Origin: Podarcis filfolensis | Lineage: Eukaryota | Length of the DNA: 64,000 nt | Strand: one strand, 5' to 3' | Assembly (NCBI GenBank): GCA_964270895.1 | Contig: OZ185444.1 | Part shown: in pieces, positions 57,238 through 64,000 of the stretch | How positions within the stretch are numbered: position 1 is the first letter of the stretch | How the letters are laid out: each line of letters opens with the position of its first letter | The notes under the pieces: generated by a model | Told to the model about the DNA's origin: nothing | Databases searched by the model: none | The model's input: the letters and a program-made list of their open reading frames with translations, nothing else | Made by a program: the position numbers and the translations under genes

Positions 57238-60200
57238 TATATTTTGGAAAATGCTGATAGGGTCAGGTCACTAACATTTTGTTGTTGTTGTTCTTGCCAG
57301 TTTGCCCACAAGTCTCTTTCTAAAGATTAAAAGTTCCCAGCCATAACAGTCCCTGAATATCTTTGCTACCTATAAGTAGTAAATACAGTAAGTATTAGGT
57401 AAAGGTTTAGAAGGAAGACAAGTGAGATAGCTTCTGATTTCTTCTCATGAGGGAAAATAGAAAGCTTTGTGGGATGTTCTAATCTGATAATTTATTGAAG
57501 GTCAAGCTATTTTGCAGGGGGAAATGAGCTAAGCTTTGAGGAAAAATGGCTCTGTAGGTCTTACAGCAGGATTTCTTTCAGCCAAAGGGCCTTGTGTCAG
57601 GGGTAACAAGCAAGAGATATTATGCTAGTTTCAGGTCACATTTCTGCTACTCTAAAGGAGGGCAAAGAACAAGCCATAAGTGGACATGGCCTTGTGAGTT
57701 CTGAGGACCAGAGAGGCCTGGAGGTATATATTTGGTCCCTATCATTGTCTTACAGTGATAAGTTTATGTGTAGAACATCTATCAGCACACAGGCGGTTGC
57801 CAATCCATCTGCTTCCTCATATCAACCGTTGAAGAGTACTGTATATGATGTGAATCTGCTTTCTCTCAGAAACTACAAGGGTGGTTTTTTTTTTTTTAAT
57901 GTTGTGACACCGTCTATATTTCTGACATTCAGAGTTGTTTTCTATGGTCTGTGGATACTAGGATTTGGAAGTACAGTTTAAAGGACCTGTTACCATGCCC
58001 TGGAATTTAAATAAGTGGTGTGCATTGCAAAGGTCACACTTGCATTTCTGTGCAGGAACTGTATCCTCTCACTTCCTAACACCTCTGTCAGGGTTGTCAG
58101 TTCCATGTCTGACTGTAGTTCCATGTTTTTCTTCTCCATCTTTAAATATATTGTTAGGAGGGCAGAGATTCTTATGTTTCAGCTAGTTTACGTAGCAGTC
58201 TTGTAACTTCCAAACACTATGTATACTTGGTAAAGTAGGGAGACCTGGAATGATGTGAACCAAAATGTAGCAACTCTATAAATGTTGCTGCAACATATAT
58301 CCAAGGGAAGAATTTAAAAAACAACCAAAAAACCCTTCTTTAATTTAGTTTTGTGGATTTTAAGAAGTTGGTATGACCTCTCTTATTTTGTTTTATGGCA
58401 GTTGAAATACATACCGTAGCTGTGGTGACAAAGGTAAAAGTGATGTGGCTCAGTGGGGCTTAAGTCATGACTAGCTTGTCCCATTGATTTCAGTAACACT
58501 AACTTAGACCCCATTCTTCTACACACTTATCTGCATGTAAGCCCCATTGAACTCAATGGTATATTGAGACTTCATTCTGATCAGGCAGATAAAGAATTGC
58601 AATGGCAGTCTAAATCTGACCGAACAGAGATCCCAGTTTGGCCTGTGAGGCTGTTTTCCCCAACCCACACGTACCTCCTTTCATCTGTGATGTCCAGTGA
58701 GAAATGTGTGGAGGTGTGGCTGCCAGTGTGTGACTGGAAACCTTAAAGTGTGCTTCAAATTGTGACATTGCTGATTTGCAGTGAGAGCAAGCCGGCTAGG
58801 TCAGTTGCACTGAGTTCCCCATGAGGAACTCAGAACTGTAGCCAACCACTGCAGATTATTGGAGCTTGAACTGAACGCATTCCAGCCTACCTGTCACAGA
58901 TGTTTGGCAGCGATGGGGACTGATTAAGATCTGGCCTGTTGAGCCAAAAGGGTTCCCCACCCCTCCCTGGTCTATATCCTTGCTGCGTAGTTTTTGGTGG
59001 GGTTTTTTAGGGTTTTTTAAAAGAAAAGATTTGGAATTGTATTGCCTATTGTAATGGGTCAGTTTTACTGAATTGGGCCAATTCATTTAATCAGCCATCA
59101 AAATTTCATCCCTATTATATTACAAATCTGATGGGAGGACCTAAATGGTTGTCCCAGATTTTTTTTCTCCCTTTTTTTTTTTGCTATGGAATAATTTTTC
59201 ATTCTCTCATGTAATTATATATTTAGGGATCCCACCCAACCCCCATTTCATCATGGCAGATGGTATGGCACCCACCACTCGTTTTGTTGCTGCTGTCAGG
59301 ATGTGATTCATTTATTTTTTTGCCACTGATTTTAAAAATAGGATAGATTATGGAAATACTGAATTTCCTTTTTAAATTCCTTGAACAGTAGGAGCCTATG
59401 TGGCTTTTTGGGGTCTCCTGCTCTTTCCCCACATGCTTTCCCCCTCCCCACATCCTTGGTATAAAGCATGCATAACTCGAGTTTTACCACACAAAATCTG
59501 GGGAAGTATGGTGAACTTCCAGAGGAAGTTGGTGATGTCCTCAATTTTAGTGGAACACTGTGATACTGATAAATTTTTACTACTATTCTGAATACCTGGT
59601 AGTTTTCTTATTAATTGGTTTAACAGTCAGTCGTCAGTCTGTTTGTACCTAGAGACAATGCAATCAGTGTCATTCCTTTCTTCCCAGTCAACAGATGTTC
59701 TGACCTTGTGATGAACTCTTCCACACTTTTTCAGCCATCTTTCAACAAATGTCAGACATAATTCTTCACAGGAAAAAATAACTGATTTTGATGGTGGAAA
59801 GGGTCAGTATAGAGACCCTTGTCATCCAATTCTAGCATGCCGCTCATCCATATCTTGTCTGCCAAAATCCATTTACCAACATAATTGTCCCTTTGCAGTC
59901 AGAGCATACCCTGTGACTCCTAGCTCTTTCTAAGCTAAACCACTTTCCCATGTCCTATTTTTGGGATAGGGAGATCTCCAACCTATGAGCTGAATCAGGC
60001 CTACCAGCCCTCTCCATTTGGTTTGTGAGGTGTTTTAGGTGAGGCCACCCCATCAGGTGTCGGGCAGGTAAAGACATGGCTGGGCCGAAGTGGATTTGCA
60101 GTCACTACTGGTTAACTCATCAAGGGCACCAGCACAACACATTGGAAGCCCAAACAATCAGGGATTGCATAGCTCAGTGTGACCCATAGTTATCAAACTT

Positions 60201-61391
60201 AATTCACTGGGGGTTGTCCTACCTGCACTCCCAACCCCCCTTGCACCCCAAACTTATTTCCCCTACATCCTGCCTGCCTAAATGTCTGTCACCCATGTCT
60301 GCTTCTTAAGCAACCACCACCCATTCCACACCCTTCTCTGCCTGTCAGACAGATGCACACCCCACACCTTTTTACCCTGGCTGCTAATTTAAGGGAGAGG
60401 CTAATGTCAAAGAATGCACTTGCAACTCTTGGTAGGTCAACCCTTTTCCCTTTTAAGAGCATTGCTTCCTTGCCTTGATGATGTTGTAATGACCAGTGTG
60501 GTAGGTGTGACTGCATTGGGAACCCCAGGGAATCTATTAAGATTCTGGGCATTATGTTTTATAGACCTGCTGAAGAGTAAGTCCATCCCACTTGTTATAT
60601 TAAACACTAGATTTCCCTTCAACTAGCAGGGATAATGTTAACCTTTTTGCCTGTGACTGTTCATGGGCTCCTTTAGGCAGGAGGGCAGGTTATAAATTTA
60701 ATTGATAAATAAAACCTGTAGTAAGGAAAGGGCATAGTTGGTATACCAATAAGCATCCTTGCCACCAGAAGGATCTAGGAGTACCCCAAAACTATGCACC
60801 TGTTTTTTTGAAGAAACAGGTGCAGTTCTGTCCAGAACTGGTGAACTAGCAGACCTGGGAGCTGCTCACCCATCGATTCTCTCCTTCACCAGGATTCAGT
60901 CTGTTTGTTGGTCCTCATCCAGCTCACCATTGCATTCAGGTTACAGTCTCTCCTGAGGCATGACATGGTGTCCCAATTCTCATAATGACCACTCCAGGAA
61001 GTTTCATATAGATATTAAAGAGCACTTGGGATAAGATGGTGCCCTGTAGCATTCCACCACGCAACTGCAAAGGGGCAAACACATAATTTGAGGCCTGAAC
61101 ATATTGTTGAGCATGAACAGAAAGGGCAATCAGAAGTACCGGAGAGACATTTTTCTATTTGCATGTTTGAATCTTCACAGAAAATAAGGAACCAACACTT
61201 GTTGGAGAATGGAAACTGAATATCTTTCTTTCTCTTACAGATGATGATCAGCTCCAGGAAACTATGTCTTCAGAAATGAAAGCTTGTACCTACTATAAAC
61301 AGTGATCGGCCTTAAGTAGACTAGAAACTATAGTCAAGAAACTTCAGAGGAACTCGTCCTTACCTGGTTACCTTGCATCATAAATTCAATC

Positions 61392-62060
61392 ATGTATGGA
61401 AGTGCTCGGTCAGTTGGTAAAATTGAGCCAAGTAGCCAGAGTCCTGGGCGTTCACCAAGGCTGCCACGATCGCCACGGCTGGGCCATCGTCGAACCAACA
61501 GCACAGGTGGCAGTTCTGGAAGTAGTACTGGGGGTGGCAGTGGCAAAACTCTTTCTATGGAAAATATCCAATCCTTAAATGCTGCCTATGCCACTTCAGG
61601 CCCTATGTACCTAAGTGACCATGAGAACGTGGGTGCAGACACGCCTAAAAGCACCATGACTCTTGGACGATCTGGGGGGCGTCTGCCTTACGGTGTTAGG
61701 ATGACTGCTATGGGCAGCAGCCCCAACATTGCCAGTAGTGGGGTTGCCAGTGATACTATAGCATTTGGAGAGCATCATCTTCCTCCTGTCAGCATGGCAT
61801 CCACAGTGCCTCATTCACTGCGCCAGGCGAGGGACAACACTATAATGGACCTGCAGACACAGCTCAAGGAAGTGTTGCGGGAAAATGATTTACTACGCAA
61901 GGATGTAGAGGTGAAAGAAAGTAAACTTAGCTCCTCCATGAACAGTATCAAGACATTCTGGAGTCCTGAACTCAAGAAGGAAAGAGCCCTGAGGAAAGAT
62001 GAGGCATCCAAAATAACTATTTGGAAAGAACAGTATCGAGTTGTCCAGGAAGAGAACCAG
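61392..62060 (+). CDS. ERC1: ERC1 (ELKS/RAB6IP2) first coding exon; exon starts at 61241
   Basis: MYGSARSVGKIEPSSQSPGRSPRLPRSP...KEQYRVVQEENQ, 223 codons, donor CAG|GTtagt, acceptor ctcttacAG at 61239-40. Diagnostic residues match ERC1 rather than ERC2. Confidence 0.97.
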
Positions 62061-62270
62061 GTTAGTAATCTAAAGAGAATTCTGCAAGGGAAGGGTAGAT
62101 ACAATTGTTTTAATGAATGTGTTTCAGAGAATTTCCCTTGGCAGTCTTGAACTTGAGACAAATTCTTCTATTGATCTAGAGTCAGTATATTCAGTTCCAA
62201 GTAGCACCATGGAACATGGAAAAGTGATTTTTCTGTTTCAGATTTTGTATCCACATTGCAGCTATGTTAA

Positions 62271-62444
62271 CAGGCATGTTCAGAGTCCGTCTTGGGGGCC
62301 TAATCCGGGCCATCGGTCTCAACGACTTCAACCTCATAAAAAAAAAGCTCAGCAACTTCAATCCTTAAAAAAGCTCAACAACTGTGGTTGGCCCTTTGGT
62401 CGGCCCTCATCTGGCCCTCTTTGAAAAAAGTTTGGACACCGCTG
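62271..62444. mobile_element. hAT (Charlie-type) MITE remnant
   Basis: Right end GGCCCTC...TGAAAAAAGTTTGGACACCGCTG and left end CAGGCATGTTCA; no TSD recognised. Confidence 0.5.
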
Positions 62445-64000
62445 GCATAAGAGAACAGTGAAGTGGGGGGAGAGCATCCAGTCCTTTCCCGTCAGTTCAC
62501 TATTCCAGCTCAATCCAGTATAATTCTAGGATTCTTTGCGAGAGTTCTCTGTAAGGAAGTGAGCAGAAGATTTATATCTTTGTAATGTGGAAATTGTTGG
62601 ATGTATTGGGTACTAGGAATAGTTAGACACTTACTCAGCAAATATTCCTGGAAGTTTGTCAAACTGTTGTGTGACACATGGTTGAATATTTAGACTCTAG
62701 ATTTTAAGACTTATAAAATTATAAACAGTATGGAGAAACTGAAGAGAAACTATTCCCTTTCTCGCTGCATTTCAATTTGGTTAAATCCACTTGAATCCAG
62801 TGGCAGTATCTAATGAAGTATTTCTTCATAATACACAATTTGGTTATAAAATTTGTTGCCGCAGGGTATATTTTTTAATACTAAGATGTACATCTTGCAA
62901 ATACTCCTTGCATGTTGTAAAGGTGTGTAGGGGACAGTTGATGAAAGGCTTCCTTTGAAAGATAGTCGGAGTTTCTTTTGACAAGGTCAAGGTCTTACAA
63001 TATTTTCAGAATAAAGCCTAGATTCATATTCAGTTGAATATATTTGTTTATGTAACCAAAGCAATTACCTTTCGAGTATCCTTCATGCACACAGGCTGGA
63101 AATACTCTTGGTGGTTTTCTACCAGGTGTAGATTGGAAATTTCTCCCTACTCTCACCTTTTATGTCAGCCTTCCAGGGTTTGTTGAAAGGTACCAGTGGC
63201 CCATTTCCCTGGCTGCTCCTCTGCATTCAAAAGCTTGTTACTAGAAGTGTACCCAACCTCACATGTCCCTACAATGAATGGAAGATCTACCTCCCCTAAT
63301 TCCACTTGGTTAAAATGAAAACTATTTTATATGAAAATTTGAAATCTGCTAAACATAATGGGTGATCCTTGCTTCCTCACAAGTGCCTTTGAAATTGTTA
63401 TTTAAGATTTTCTAACTTAGTGTAAGGTTTTTTGTTTCTTTTTTATGCTATCTTTTCCCTCATGCCCATCCTTAATTTGAATTAATCTTTTGATTTTGAA
63501 TCTAGGATTATTGTATACTTTTGACAACCAAATAATTTTTCATACTACATTATTCAACCGGGGGTGGAGGAAGTAAGGGGAAAACAGACAAGTTGTGGTA
63601 GCTGCCCCCTACCTGGCTATAAATTAATCTGCAAGTGTTGGAGTTCTTGTCTGACAGGAGCTAGTGTTAATCAAGAGAATTGTGTCAGACCAGTTAGTCA
63701 GTCTCCACAATTGTTTGTCAAGAACCTAGGAGTAAGTGGTGTATTAAGGAAGGAGAGAGTGAATATAAACTGCAGGATAGTGTCTAGTTTCTTCATGTAG
63801 TTCCAAACTATGCATTCAGTATATCTGAAGAAGTGTACATGCACACGAAAGCTTATACCCAGAACAAACTTAGTTGGTCTCTAAGGAGCTACTGAACAAT
63901 TTTTTAATTTTTTAATTTATTTTGTATGCATCAGAATTCTCTAGTTCACAGTTCAGATAAGGAAAGTACAGGGTGATATGCATTGTTGAGAACCAGTGTG

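Overview
Eukaryotic (vertebrate) genomic DNA. It is most likely from a squamate, probably a lacertid lizard; this is inferred from Sauria-type SINEs, a Bov-B LINE and CR1-tailed tRNA SINEs. The window holds three intron-containing genes in the same order as human 12p13.33. (1) The 3' part of WNK1 on + (exons homologous to human 11-28 plus the neural cassettes 26a/26b; 1570 codons plus stop reconstructed from 198 to 31738, 3'UTR to about 34230). (2) The complete RAD52 on - (11 coding exons, 393 aa reconstructed, 47535 down to 35917). (3) The start of ERC1/ELKS on + (first coding exon 61241-62060). RAD52 and ERC1 share a CpG-island bidirectional promoter at about 52.4-54.1 kb, and WNK1 and RAD52 converge tail-to-tail about 1 kb apart. 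All exon boundaries were read by hand as AG/GT and join in frame. Exon numbers and homology are from recall of the human proteins, not from a database search. There are no prokaryotic systems, CRISPR arrays or intact tRNA/rRNA genes. The most interesting signal is the 6.9-kb WNK1 interval between exons 26 and 27. Besides known 26a and 26b it contains four further exon-like segments whose acceptors all read in WNK1 phase 1: a candidate poison exon with a perfect TACTAAC branch point, a candidate alternative terminal exon with tandem AATAAA, and two frame-preserving cassettes (111 and 123 nt), the 123-nt one Cys-rich and hydrophobic. They lie among RBFOX/QKI/PTB/NOVA-type motifs and directly upstream of the exon encoding the conserved FTDDLHKLVDNW helix. 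These are predictions from splice signals and reading frame only and need RNA-seq or conservation data.
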